NCBI RefSeq assembly: GCF_009914755.1
Contig: NC_060929.1
Source: the human T2T-CHM13v2.0 reference genome, Homo sapiens
Direction: 5' to 3' (one strand)
DNA length: 64,000 nucleotides
Each line of letters begins with the position of its first letter. Position 1 is the first letter of the stretch. The position numbers were made by a program, and so were the translations under genes. The notes under the pieces are model-generated. The model was given only the letters and a program-made list of their open reading frames with translations, did not search any database and was not told the DNA's origin. Below are positions 33,593 to 47,492 of the stretch, piece by piece.

Positions 33593-34350
33593 ATTGTGAA
33601 ATACATATTTGGTCTTCAATCCTCTTTATAAGCATACAATTCCTAAAATCCTTAGGATCTTCAAAGTGATGTCTTTTGTGTGTTAATAATTGAGTGATGG
33701 CTGGCTGCTCTGGGCTGGCTTCAGAATGCAGTCTCATCATCACAAAGCCAAGGCATGGTTAGAACATTGAGATTTTCAGCCCCATCCCTGACCTCTAGGC
33801 AGAGGAGAGGGAATGAAGGTTAAGTTAATTGCCTTCATCAAGATAGCTGAGCACATGGAGATTTCTGGAGGTGGTGTGCCCAGAAAAGCCATGGAAGCTC
33901 TACACTCCTCATTCAATACCTTGCCCTATGCATTTTCATCCATATCCTTTGTAACATTCTTTATGATTAACTGGTAATTGTAAGTGTTCCAGAGTTTCGT
34001 GAGCCACTCTAGAAAATTAAGCCCAGAAAGGGTTCTAGGGATCCCATCTTGAAGCTAGTTGGTCAGGAGTTCCAGAGTTCCAGATACCTGGGCTTGTGAC
34101 TGACATCTAGAAGGGGTGGTCTTGTGGAACTGAGTCCTCAACCAATAAGACCTGATGCTATCTCCAGGTAGACCATTTTTTAATTGAATTGAGAATATCA
34201 AGCTGGTGTCTGCTGCAGAGTTGATTGCTTGCTTGGTGTATCGGAAGAAATTCCCACATATTTGGTCACAGAACTCTTCTGTGTTGGTTGGCAATGGTTA
34301 ATGAGTGAGAAACTAGAAAATGCACTTCGTATGAATTTGTTTATTCCTCA
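33593..34350. mobile_element. MER21-like LTR
   Basis: atatttggtctt ... cctaaaatcctt ... gatgtcttttgt ... cacatatttggtcacaga. Confidence 0.7.
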
Positions 34351-34604
34351 GAATATGTCTCTATTTTTTTCCATGTGTACTGCACATTGTTGATGAAACA
34401 TTGTAGAAACTCTGGATTGTTGTTTTTTTTCTTTTAGCGTGCATGTAGATAAGTTTATCAATTGACCACATTAGGCTTGTGTAGACTTGACTTTTATGTT
34501 TTGTTAGGGAGAATCTCTGGAAAACCCAGGTGTTCTCAAGTTCCTCTTACTAGTGTAGTCAACTGTTAAATTATATCTCCTAATTGTAATTTTTAAAGGC
34601 ATGA

Positions 34605-37600
34605 TTTTTTTTAAGTTCAGTAGTATATGTACAGGTTTGTTATATAGGCAAACTTGTGTCATGAAGGTACGTTATACAGATTATTTTGTCACCCAGGTAT
34701 TAAGCCTAGTACCCACTAGTTATTTTTTCTGATCCTTTCCCTCCTTCCAGCCTCCATCCTAGGTAGCCCCCAGGGTCTCTTCTTCCCCTCTATGTGTCCA
34801 TGTGTTCTCATCATTTAGCTCCCACTTATAAGTGAGAACATGCAGTATTTGATTTTCTGTTCCTGCATTAGTTTGTTAAGGATGTTGGCCTCCAGCTCCA
34901 TCCACGTACCTGCAAAAGACATAATCTCATTCTTTTCTATGGCCACATAGTATTCCATGGTATATATTTACCACATTTTGTTTATCCATTTTACCACTAA
35001 TGGGTATTTAGGTTGATTCCATGTCTTTGCTATTGTGAATAGTGCTGCAATAAATATATTTGTGTGTGTGTCTTTATGGCAGAACAAATTGTATCTTTTG
35101 GAATATATACCCAGTAATGGAATTGCTGGATCAAATGGTAGTTTTGCATTTAGATCTTTGAGGAATTGCCACACTGTTTAACTGATTTATACCCACACCA
35201 ACAGTGTATGAGCATGCCTTTTCCTCCACAACCTCACAATTATCTTATTTCTTGACATGTTGATAATACCTATTCTGACTGGTTTTAGATGGTATCTCAT
35301 TGTGGTTTTGATTTGCATTTCTCTAATGATCAGTGATGTTGAGCTTTTTTGCATATGCTTGTTGGCCATAGGTATGTCTTATTTAGAAAAGTGTCTGTTC
35401 ATATTCTTTGCCCACTTTTTAATGGGGTTGCTTTTATCTTATAAATGTGTTTAAGTTCCCTATAGATGCTGGGTATTAGACCTTTGTCAGATGCATAGTT
35501 TGCAAATATTTTCTCCCATTCTGTAGGTTATCTGCTTACTATGTTGATAGTTTATTTTGCTGTGCAGAAACTCTTAAGTTTATTTCAATCAACTTTGTCA
35601 ACTTTTGCTTTTGTTGCAATTGCTTTTGGTGTCTTTGCCATGAAATGTTTGCCCATTCCCATGTTCAGGATTGTATGACCTAGGTTGTCTTCCAGAGTTT
35701 TCATAGTTTGGGGCTTTACGTGTATGTCTTTAATCTATCTGGAATTAATTTTCATATACAGTGTAAGGAAGAGGTCTAGTTTCAGTCTTCTGCATATGGC
35801 TAGCCATTTATCCCAGCACCATTTATTAAATAGGGCATCCTTTTCCCATGGCTTGTTTTGTAGATTTTGTCAAAGAGCAGATGGTTGTAGGTGGGTGGCC
35901 TTATTTCTAGGCTCTCTATTTTGTTCCAATGGTCTATATGCCTTCTTCTGTACAAGTATTATGCTGTTTTGGTTACTGTAGCCCTGTAGTATACTTTGAA
36001 GTTGGGTAACATGATGCCTCCAGCTTTGTTATTTTTGCTTAGGATTGCCTGTGGTATTAGGGCTCATTTTTGTTTCCACGTGAATTTTAAAATAGTTATT
36101 TTCTAGTTCTGTGAAGAATGGCACTCGTATTTTAATAGGAATAGCATTGAATGTGTATATTGCTTTGGGAAATATGACTGTTTTAATGATATTGATTCTT
36201 CCTATCCATGAACATGGAATAGTTTTCCATTTGTTTGTGTCATCATTGATTTCTTTGACCAGTGTTTTGTAGTTCTCCTTGTAGAGATCATTCACCTCCC
36301 TGGTTAGCTGCATTCCTAGATATTTTATTCTTTTTGTGGAAATTGTGAATGGGATTTGCATTCCTGATTTGGCTCTCAGCTTGGCTGTTGTTAGTTTATG
36401 AAAACATTCCTCTCCTTCCTCCTACCCTCCACCCTCAGGTAGGCTGCAGTGTCTGTTTTTTCCCTCTATGTATCCCTGTGTTCTCGTCATTTAGCTCCCA
36501 CTTATAAGTGATATTCGTGCATTGATTTTGTATCCTGAAACTTTGCTAAAGTTGTTTATCACCTTAAGGAGCTTTTGGGCTAAGACTATGGCATTTTCTA
36601 GATATAGAATTATGTCATTTGCAGAGATAGTTTGATGTCCTGTCTTCCTATTTGGATGCCATTCATTTCTTTCTCTTGCAGCAAGGACTGCAAGGTATTT
36701 GCACTACTCTGGCTAGGACTTCCAATACTATGTTGAAAAGGAGTGGTGAGAGAGGGCATCCTTGTCTTGTGCCAGTTTTCAAGAGGAATGCTTCCAATTT
36801 TTGTCCATTCAGTATGATGTTGGCTGTGGGTTTGTCATAGATGGCTCTTATTTTGAGGTATCTTCCTTCACTACCTAGTTTATTGAGAGCTTTTAACGTG
36901 AAGGGCTGTTGAATTTTATTGAAAGCCTTTTCCACATCTATTGAGATGATTGTGTGGCTTTCATCTTTAGTTCTGTTTATGTGATGACTAATGTGTATTG
37001 ATTTACATACATTGAACCAATCTTGCACCTCAGGGATAAAGCCTACTTGATCATGGTAGGTAAGCTTTTTGATATGATGCTGGATTTGATTTGCCAGTAT
37101 TTTGCTGAGGATTTTTGTGTTGATGATCATCAAGGATATTGGCCTGAAGTTGTTTTTTTTTTTTGTTTTTTGTTTTTTGTTTTTGGTATTTTTGCCAGGT
37201 TTTGGTATCAGGATGATGCTGGCCTCATAGAATGAGTAAGGGAGGACTCCCTCTTCAATTTTGGGGGAAGAGTTTCAGTAGGAATGGTACCAGTACATTG
37301 TACATCTGGTAGAATTTGGCTGTGAATCCATTGAGCACTGGGTTTTTTTTTTTTGGTTTTTTTTTTTTTTTTTTTTTTTTTTTGGTTGTTGATTGGTAGG
37401 ATATTTGTTACTGATTCAATTTCAGAGCTTGTTATTGGTCTGTTCAAAGATTCCATTTCTTCCTGGCTCAGTCTTGGGAGAATGTATGTGTCCAGGAATT
37501 TATCCCTTTTTTGCTAGATTTTCTAGTTCATGTGCATAGAGGTGTTTATAATATTCTAATGATTATTTGTATTTCTGTGGGGTCAGTGCTAATATCCCCT

Positions 37601-40600
37601 TTGTTGATTCTAATTGTGTTTACTTGGATCTTCTTTCTCTTATTTATTAATCTAGCTAGCAAACTATTAATTTTTTCAAATAAACAATGCTTGGATTTGT
37701 TTTTCTTTTGAATGGGTTTTTGTGTCTCAGTCTCCTTCAGTTCAACTCCAATTTAGGTTATTTCTTGTCTTCTGCTGGCTTTGGAGTTGGTTTGCTCTTG
37801 GTTCTCTAGTTCTTTTAGTTGTGATGTTAGGTTGTTAAATTGAGATCTTTCTACCTTTCTGGTGTGAGAATTTAGTGCTATAAATTTCCCTTTTAACATT
37901 GCCTTAGCTCTGTCGCAGAGAGTGTGGTATGCTGTATCTTTGTTCTCATTACGTTCAGAGAACTTCTCTTGATTTCTGCCTTAATTTCATTATTTACCTA
38001 AATATCATTTAGGAGAATTTTATTCAATTTCCATGCAACTGTATGATTTTGGGCAAATGTTAGTCTTCATTTCTAATGTGATTGTGCTGTGGTCCAAAAA
38101 AGTGATTTTTTATGATTTCAGTTTTTTTGCATTTGCTGAAGAGTGTTTTATGCTTGATAAAGTGATTGATTTTTAGAGTAAGTTCCATGTGACAATGCGA
38201 AGAATGTATATTCTGTTGCTTTTAGGTGGAGAGTTCTGCAGATGTCTATCAGGTCCATTTGATCCATTGATGAGTTCAGATCCTGAATATCTTTGTTAAT
38301 TTTCTCCCTTGGTGACCTGCTTAATACTCTCAGTGAGGTGTTGAAGTCTCCCACTATTATTGTGTAGAAGTCTGAGTCTCTTTGAAGGTTTCCAAAAACT
38401 TGCTTTATGAATCTGAGTGCTCCTGTGTTGGCTGCATATATATTTAGGATAGTTAGGTCTTCTTGTTGAATTGAACCTTTTACCATTATGTAATGCCCTT
38501 CTTTGTCTTTTATCTTTGTTGGTCTGAAGGCTGTTTGTCTAAAATTAGGATTGCCATCTTTGCTTTTTTCTGTTTTCTGTTTGCTTGGTAGATTTTTCCC
38601 CATTGCTTTATTTTGAGCCTATGTGTGTCACTGCATGTGAGATGGGTCTCTTGAAGACAGCATACCTATGGGTCTTGGTTCTTTATCCACATTGCCACTC
38701 TGTGCCTTTTAATTGGGGGCATTTAGCCTGTTTACATTCAAGGTTAATATTGAATGCTAACAGTATCCTATCATCACAGTGTTAGCTGGTTATTAGGCAG
38801 ACTTGTTTATGTGGCTACTTTATACTGTCACTGGTCTATGTACTTCAGTGTGTTTTTGTAGTGGTTGCTGACAGTCTTCTTTTCCCCCATATTTAGTGCT
38901 GCTTTCAGGAGCACTTGTAAGGCAGATCTGGTGGTAATGCATTCACTCAGCATTTGCTTGTCTGAAAAGAGTCTTATTTCCCTTTCACTTATGAAGCTTA
39001 GTTTGGCTAGATATGAAATTCTAGGTTGGAACTTAAGAATGTTGAATATTGACTCCCAATCTCTTCTGGCTTGTAGGGTTTCTGCTGAGAGGTCTGCTTT
39101 AAATCAGTTGGTTTGATAGGCTTTCTTTTGTGGATGACCTGACGTTTCCTTTCTGTCCAGTGGCCTTTGATTTTATTAATTTATTTATTTTTGAGATGGA
39201 GTCTCACTCTATTGCACAGGCCGGGGTGCAATGGCATGATCTTGGGTCACTGCAACTTCTGCCCCTGGGTTCAGGCAATTCTTATGCCTCAGCCTCCTCA
39301 GTAGCTGGGATTAGAGGTGCATGCTACTGCACCTGGGTAATTTTTATATTTTTAGTAGAGATGGGATTTCCCCATGTTGGCCAGACTGGTCTTGAACTCC
39401 TGGCCTCAAATGATCCACCTGCCTAGGCCTCCCAAAGTGCAGGGATTACAGGCGTGAGCCACTGTACCTGGCTTAATATTTTTTCTTTTATTTTGGCCTT
39501 GAAGAATCTGATTATGTGTCTTGGGGATGATCTTCTTATGAAGTATCTTACTTGGGTTCTCTGCATTTCCTGAATTTGAATGTTAGCCTCTCTAGCTAGG
39601 CTGGGGACGTTCTCATGGATTATATCCTGAAATAAGTTTCCCAAATTGCTTACACTGTCTTTCAGGGACACCAATGTGTCATAGAATTGGTCTCTTTACA
39701 TAATTCTGCATTTCTCAGAGGTTTTGTTCATTCGTTTTCATTACTTTTTCTCTATTCTTGTCTGATTTCAGAAAGCCTTCAAGCTCTGAGATTCTTTCCT
39801 CAGCTTAGTCTATTCTGCTATTAATACCTGTGATTGCATTATGAAATTCTTGTAGTGTGTTTTTCAGCTCTATCATATTGGTTACCATTTTTTTATACTG
39901 GCTATTTTGTCTGTCAGCTCCTGCAATGTTTTATTGTGATTCTTAGCTTCATTGAATTGGGTTTCAATGTACTCTATCTCAATGATCTTCTTTCCTATCC
40001 ATATTCTGAAATCTATTTCTGTCATTTCAACCATCTGAGCCTGGTTCAGAACCCTTGCTGGAGATGTGATGCAATTTTTTGGAGTAAAGATGGTAGTCTG
40101 GCTTTTTGAGTTGTTAGGGTTCTTGTGCTTGTTCTTTTACATCTTTGTAGGCTGATGTTCCTTCAGTCTTAGAAGTTGCTGACCTTTGGATTTTTTTCTT
40201 TTATCATATTTGGTGCCCCGTTATCCAATCAAACTTTAAGGTATAAGGCAGATTCAGCCAACTGCCTTCATTTCTGAAAGATTTTAGGAGGTCAAGGCTT
40301 GGTTCCCAACATCTGGACTGTGTGCCCTAACTCTGGACTTGTGCCCCAACTTTGTTCTCTGGTTTCTTGAGGTTAGGAATCCACTGGGCTGGGTGGGCCA
40401 GGGTGCTCTCAGACTACTGCTTACTACACTCTAATAGCTGGTGTCAGCCAAGCATTATATAGTGTAGTGACAGCAGGATCCATCTTTGTTTGCATGTGCC
40501 AGTGGCAGCACATGGAGGTGCATATTTGTTGGCTGTGACAGGGTTCTGGAGGATGTTTGGTTGCCTGCCTCTATGCCGGCATTCATCACAATAAGGGAGG

Positions 40601-41710
40601 CAGCACAGCTGGGGGTGGGGATCTTCTGCTGGTGACTGTGTGTACAGTTGCACTGGTGGATGATGTTGGCATGGGGATGGGGCACTGGCAGGTGCTAGAC
40701 TGGTTGTATTCTTTGTGCACTGCAGGCAGAGGTGGTTGCTCAAGGCAGAGGAGGGGCTGCTGTTCTTTTTGTCTAGTTTCACTCCAGCAGCAGTGTTAGC
40801 ACAAGGGTGGGGCACTAGCAGGGGCAGGGATGCTGGCTTTGTGCCCACCAAGGCTCTGACTGCAATGGTGGTTGGCATGGGCATGGTGTGGGGAGTGGAC
40901 TGCACTCCTGCTGCAGCAGTGGCAGGGCAGGGTGCACGTACATCCGTGTGCTGGTGGGGCAAGGAAGGCAAAACCAGTCTGGAAACACATTATGGCAAAG
41001 CAATGTAGGGGGTTGCTGCAGGCCTGGGGGAAGCTGCAGTGTGGGGAGGGAGCAGGCAGGCTGGTGCCTGGCCAAGGGGGCTGTCCCAGTGGAGCTCTCT
41101 GCCAGTCACAGTCTGCCAGTGCAGGAACTATGATATGGGCCCCTATGGCACTCAAGGCTGCCCTGCAAGCAGGCACAGCCAGGCTAGGGCCCTGAGAGAG
41201 GCCAGGAGGATAGGGGGTACTCAGTTCAGGCCAGCCCTATCTGATGTGCAAGACTGACCTGCAGAGTTCAGGTCTGACAGGTGTTCTAGGGCTAGCGTCT
41301 CCTATGGGAGCAAGTTCAGCCTAGGGGAATGGGCGTCCCTGTCCATGCTCCACTACAGACGCTCCTGCACCAAACCCCCTGGGCTCCACATCAGCTGGTT
41401 TGCTGCCCCTACCACTTCTTTAAGCAGCTCTCCCTGTCAACTTGAGTGTTCATGGTGGTCAAGGCCTCTTTCCAGGATTCCAGAGGCCTATGGCAAGAGT
41501 GGGTTACTCCTTGCCAGTTAAACTCACGTATTTCCCTGAAGCTTTTGGGGGCCAGGAATGAGTCCTGGTGTGTGGTAGCCCTGTGCAGGACTCCCAGCTT
41601 CTGTGTCTTCCCTCTGGACACCTGTTAGGAGTGTGCCAGTCATCTCGGCCCCTGGGTGGCAGCTATTCCACCTGGCTGTGTCTAGTGGGCCATCTTTCCC
41701 TCTCCCCTAC
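34605..41710 (-). mobile_element. Full-length older L1 (L1PA13-16/L1PB-type) with a long GC-rich 5'UTR
   Basis: ORF1, EN (QQEDLTILNIYA), RT (YHDQVGFIP), 3'UTR; GC-rich 5' region at about 40200-41710. Confidence 0.9.
39175..39473 (-). mobile_element. Old Alu inserted in L1 ORF1
   Basis: Diverged Alu dimer with a (ttta)n tail. Confidence 0.9.
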
Positions 41711-43536
41711 TGTATCTTCTTTGCAGATATTTCAGGACTTGGCTTCAATCTGTTTCAGGGTAAATTAATGTAGGCCTTAATCTAGGGCTTGGTCCTTACT
41801 CCCAAAATTGGCTTTTGGTCGGAGCTGAATGTGTATAGTATTAACGTGTTAAGGAGGTGTGCCTAAGGTCTTTCTACTGCTGAGCCATACTTCTAGAGGT
41901 TCCTAGAACTTCTTGACCTCTAGTATCTCTGTTACATTTTCTACCCTGTGGAAGCTACTCTCTGGTCAGCCTTTTGTAGTGTTGCTCTGCATGTGCATAG
42001 TACATCCTTGACCAAGAATTCGACCTCTACACAGATGGCTGTGTTTTACGTATTCTGCTTTCTATGCTTCTCGGAACTCTGATGTTTGCCTCTTCAATTC
42101 AGCAGAACTACCTCTGAACCAGAAAGCCCAAACTTTGGATTCTAGTTTATTGCATTGCAGTTAGAAAATTTTCTTCAGACAGAGCCAGCATAATGGCAGG
42201 GCTTACCTCATGAGTTTCTTTTCTGTCAAAGACTGTAGTCCTGAGCTACCAGTTATCTAAGCACTATCTGTCATCCAGCCATAACGGTTTTATGCCTCCG
42301 AACAGTCATCTCACATATGTTTTCCACTTTCATCATTATTTATAGGTGAAAGGCTGGTCTGGTACTAGTTACATAGTCACAGCTAGCAGCAGAATTTCCT
42401 CCTGCAGTGAGGTTCGTGTTACTGTGTATGTGTGTTTTTAAGCTAAATTTATTTAACTTAAAGGAATCTGTTTTATTTGGAAATTATATCTTTCCTACTT
42501 CTTATATATTATTTATTTCTTTAAATATTAAAGATAGCAGATTATAGTGTTGGCTGTGCTTGTAAGTACATGTATGTTTTAACACTTTTTCTTGGCAGTA
42601 TAAAACACTAAAGCAAAATGATGTGGACTCTAAACCTTTGCTACTCTGCTAAGTAATAAGTAGTTTTGAGTTAACCAGACCTTGGTCGTACCTAGTAGAA
42701 CAATAGCCTATACAGGATGGTTATGCCTTAGTTTATTGGGACTTATTTTCCTGGACAGAACCTCCTTTTATTTCTAGAATGCCTTTGAAGTTAGGCTAAG
42801 AAATTTATTTTTTTCTGAAATATACAAGAGACTTAGGATTTCTCTAAAGAATCTCCAAGATGGAGCTTAGAGTCCTAAATCAAATTTACTATTACTGTAT
42901 CATAATAATAAAAGATAGGAAAACTGATTTAGAAGATGAAATCCAGCCATAAGATATTTAGGTTAGATTCTGCTTATTTATAGTCAAAGTAGTATGTATC
43001 AGGGATTTAATTTTTAGAAAGGAATTTTCTGGTTAAATCTCAAGGTGAATAGTGATGTAGCACAAACACTACTTTCTTTGTAGTATTCATATAATTATAT
43101 TGAAGTTAACCACTTGCAATTTTCTTAGCAATATGTTGAATATAATCAGGTATTAAAATATTAAAAAATAGCCAGGAAGGTTACATTTTAGTTCATTATT
43201 CATTTCATCAACTCTGCCTCTCTAATATCACTCAAATGCATTCCATCCTCTCTACCTTCACTACCACTATCTCTGTCCAGGCTTTTACAATTGCTTTTTG
43301 GTTTACTGTCGTTGGCCTCCTAGTCTCTGCTCTGGACATCTATTTCATTCTCCATATAGCAGCTATATAGAGTAGAACAGCATTTTAAAAATGCAGATCT
43401 CATCACTTGGAGTGTGAAATCCTTTCTAAGTAAGAATTATTTCTAGATGAAAGAAACAAAGGAGAGAGGAGGAAGAAATGTCCTTGAAAGGGAACAAAAA
43501 AGCATAATATTCTGAACAGTTGGGTGCTGTATTTAC

Positions 43537-43851
43537 TCCTTCTTGAACTCTCAATTCCAAAGATTGCAGATTTCCTTCTAGAAGTGACTTTTTTAGTCAT
43601 ATTTCCACATTTTTCTCTACTTCAAAGCATCTTGCTCCCACCTTATTTACTCAGTGTCTTCCCTACTGACTGTCACCTTTAGATTAACAATTTCCTGTTC
43701 AGTTGCATTTATTTTCTTTCTGAGACATTGCCTTTTGGATTGCTTCCTCCTCCCTAACTGTTCAAGCAACTGTCTGAATACATCTTTTCACTACACTCAG
43801 CCTGGGTTTCCAAAACTAGGTTTCTTGGAAGTTGAAAAAATACAAAATTTC
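43537..43851 (-). pseudogene. Pseudo-exon, coiled-coil-like: NFVFFQLPRNLVLETQAECSE/KDVFRQLLEQLGRRKQSKRQCLRKKINATEQEIVNLK...EFKK
   Basis: Strong acceptor tttttttttcctgccactatgcAG and donor GGA|gtaaat; probable 1-nt frameshift and several stops. Confidence 0.65.
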
Positions 43852-44349
43852 CTGCATAGTGGCAGGAAAAAAAAATTAACTAGGTAATTGGGTATTTTTC
43901 CCCCTTATTCATTATATAAGTATTTATTGTGCACTTAATATGTGTGATTTCTTTTGTGTTGTATATGCAACAACAGACAAAACTGCTATTTCTAGAATAC
44001 TTAGTCTTTTGGAAGATACAGACAATTACAATAGTGTGAGAAGTTGTATAATAGATTAGGGTGTCATTAAAGTACCTAGTTGAAACACCTATCTCAGTCT
44101 ACTAGGGGAATTTCTTAGGAGAATAAAGAATGAGTAGGGATTAGCAAGGAAGAAGTTGGGGTGGTGGCTTGGGGGACAGTGTTCAGGAAAAGAAATAGAC
44201 ATTTGCAAACCTAAATGGAAGGAAGCATCATGGTAAATTGGATAGATGAGAGTTGCTAAGAGAGGCAACAGGAAAGGTAAGTGGGGGCTAGTTTGTGAAG
44301 GTCTTTGTCAGCCATGTAAGGGAATTGGGAATTTGGATTTTACCCTAAT

Positions 44350-47033
44350 GTAGTGGTTCTTTGACTTTAATGTGCATTCAAACTCACTAGGAATATTTTT
44401 ACAATGCAGATTAGATTCTAATTCAGGAGGTTTGGAATGAAGCTTAATATTCTGCTTTTTTTTTTCTGTTTGCTGTTTTAAAACTGCTAGTTCAGAAAGT
44501 TTTACATGTCCTATTTCCTAATTTGTTCATTGGTATATACCAGAGTTTTGTTAGCTCAAATGAAAAATCTTCTTTCCCATCATGACATATGCATGAATCA
44601 AGTCTTCCTTGTAGGTGGAACTCAGCAATTTGTCTCCTGTCTATCTACTGGGTATTTCTTAAATTTCCTCAGTGTCTAGGCCAAATCTTTGCTTATTTAT
44701 TAGCTTTCCAGGCACCTTGCTTTTAGACCTCTCACAATTACATTGCAGTGATTTGGGAGAGACTGTCTCAGACTGCAAGCCCTCCTGTTTGGCCATGGTG
44801 AGTTCCTTCTGGAGGCTGCCATGAGTGATTTCACAGCAGTCCTTCACCAGTTCATCTCTTAAACCATATAGATACTCTCATATGCACTATTATTCAACTT
44901 GCTCTTCTTTCTGGCATGCCTGATGATGTATCAGGGAGGGAGAGAGTTCTTGGGACACTTTAGTTTATCACCCTGCTAATCTCTGGATAAAGACTACCCT
45001 AGTGAAGAATCACAGAACTCTGTGCATTAACTTCTTCAAAATGGCATACTCTGTCATCTTCAGCATTCCCTTCCACATCACAGTCTTCTAAATCCTCAGG
45101 AAACAACATGTTCAGTGTAGGACTTTTCCACCCATATATTGTCTTTTGAATTGGGGAGATGACAAAAGCTTCCAGCTTCTTGGTTTTCACAGTCTTTTAA
45201 ATCTTTGTAAAGTTTATGAAATTCTCATCCTTGACTTCCTCAATTTCTTCTTTCATGATCATTTCTTCTTCCTCTATACTGTGTTTCCCACTCTTGATTG
45301 CCTTTTGAACTGAGCCCTTTTTACTATTCTGTGTCTGCCCTGTTACAGGGCTGTCTAGCATTGAATCTTCTTCAACCACAGTGATCACTGAGATGCTATT
45401 ATGAGATGGTCCTTCTCAGAGGCACTCATATCACATTGGATCACTTTTACAACTTTATTGGCCTGAGCCAGCTGGGAAGGCAAGGGACAGATGTTCTCAG
45501 GGCAGATAACACCATTTGCCATTATTTCTTTATTATCTATGGCATGCTTTTCATGTGCATCATACTCTTTATCCACATGACACATTTCAACTACATGGGG
45601 CTCCTCATCTTCACAGAGTTCCTCATCTTCATCACCCTTTTCAGATTTGCATAAACACAAGGCTCTATTAGATGTGGCTTCTCAGTCCAGCTCATATCAC
45701 ATTCAATCACTTTAGTCCAATAAAGTCAACTTTTTTGGACTGCACCAGCTGGATTGGTGAGGGACAGGGTTTCTCTGGGGAGCCTGGCTTTCTCCCATCA
45801 CTGAGGTGCTTCTGGGCATTGAATGGTAGGCTCAGGTCGCTTCCATGCTGAAGGGGAGTTACCTCTCCTGCTGGAACTGCTTGACATTCATAGACTTGCA
45901 CACTTTTAACTTCATGCTCTTTTGGGCTTTTTACCAACTGAACCTCATCCCTGGCTTTTTTACTGAGAGGATTTGGGGGGCAGCCTTATATCTATTTTTT
46001 TTCTTAACCATGTTCATTTCTATGCCAGCACCTGACTTCAAGATCTCTTTGTCTTCTTCAACTTTAAGACACTGCCTTAAACCATAGTATCTCTTTGCTC
46101 ATATTTATTTATAATGTTATCTTCATCCTCAGAAGGGTTTTAGAGCATACTCTTGCTTTTACAGTAACTCTGTGAAAGCAAAGGTGTGCTCTGAAATCCT
46201 CCTGAGGGTTTGTGCTGTGCCACTTTCCCTTGCAGGTCTTTACCGTAGGCCACATCATACAAATTGATGTTTTCCTTAAAAGTCCCATAATTTTACTGTA
46301 GGGGAATCTATTCTTTTATTCACACTTTCTCCTTCTCAGAGGTGCATTGCTTCTGAAAGGTGTGTTTCTATATGAAGGGTTATTAGAAGGGCTCTTACCA
46401 TGTCATCTCCTCTTATGAGTAACATAAAATAAAGCCTATCTCTTTTGTCAGGAATGTTGTCAGCTTCTGTGTAAATAGCAGTAGTGAGGAAACTGGCCAT
46501 ACCAGCTATGTTATGGCTATTGACTTCTGCAGGGATGTTTTGTTTTTCACATGTGTTTTCAGCCTGCTTAAAATCAGATTGAGTCTTTTTGATTTTCTTT
46601 CTTTCTCCAAAGGCATTTTAGTGCTGGAACTGTGCTGTATGATAAGACACTGGGAACATGGTTAGGTGTGGTAGGAAATGGAGATTGTGGCACTAGAAAG
46701 GCAGAATACTTTCTGAGTGCAAATAAATATAGAACACAGACTTAAATTTATTAAACCTGCCCCAGTAACATGGAGATGATCATAGATGGGATTCTGGTAC
46801 CACAGACCCAGGAAAGGATGGGCCATAGCCTGTATTTAATAGGGTCTGGGGTTGCTGCCTACAATATTGTGCACTGCTTTTTGAATAGTAGTTCATTTTC
46901 TAGTTCATTCCTGCATGACGAAAACCTACAGCTCCTCCCCCATCCCCTCCACTCCACCCATATTCTGCATTTCTAATAAGCTCCTAGATGAGGCTGACAC
47001 TGCCTGTCCATGGACCACACTTTGAATAGCAAA
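44350..47033. mobile_element. MER5A split in two (44350-44455 and 46960-47033) by the retrocopy, itself within L2 relics
   Basis: Left half ends ...aatattctgc; right half resumes atattctgcatttctaataagctcc...ggaccacactttgaatagc. Confidence 0.8.
44456..46959 (-). pseudogene. Processed pseudogene/retrocopy (2.5 kb): Glu/Lys-rich protein with a C-terminal SETD2-type SRI-like domain
   Basis: Poly(A) remnant 44456-44465; TSD atattctgc (44447-44455 and 46960-46968); G-rich 5' end; chain of minus-strand ORF fragments ending ITHGSLQKEL...LQCN...QRFGLDTEEI*. Confidence 0.8.
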
Positions 47034-47492
47034 CTCCTAAGGAAGATAGCAAGGACTTTAAGGATTTCAATTGGAGCAGAAAATATTATAAACATATATC
47101 TAGCATTCTAGAAAGAATGTTGTGGTTTTAGAATAGAAGATTAACTGGAGAGGGGCAAGATTGGAAGCAGGAAAAAATTTAGCTGACTATTTTAGTAAAC
47201 TTGGTTAGATATGACAGAGATTTCAGCTACTAGATTGCACTGGGCATGGAGAAAACTGAACAGATTCAAATATACTTGGAAGTAAAACTTAGAATCTTAG
47301 AGAACTTTGGAAGCGAGAGCAAGAACAGAAGAATAGAGACAGATTCTTAGGTATCTGGCTTGGTCAAATTTAATGCTACTCAAGGTGAGACAGCAGATCT
47401 GTGGAACGATTTAAAAATAGGCATTATATAATCAGATGTTATTTTCTTCACTCAATTAGAAATACCTATGTATCATCTCTGAATTCAGATAC

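Noticed and set aside
40444-41257. Cluster of overlapping ORFs up to 175 aa
   Set aside because: Lies in the GC-rich 5'UTR of an old L1; ORFs on both strands reflect low stop-codon frequency
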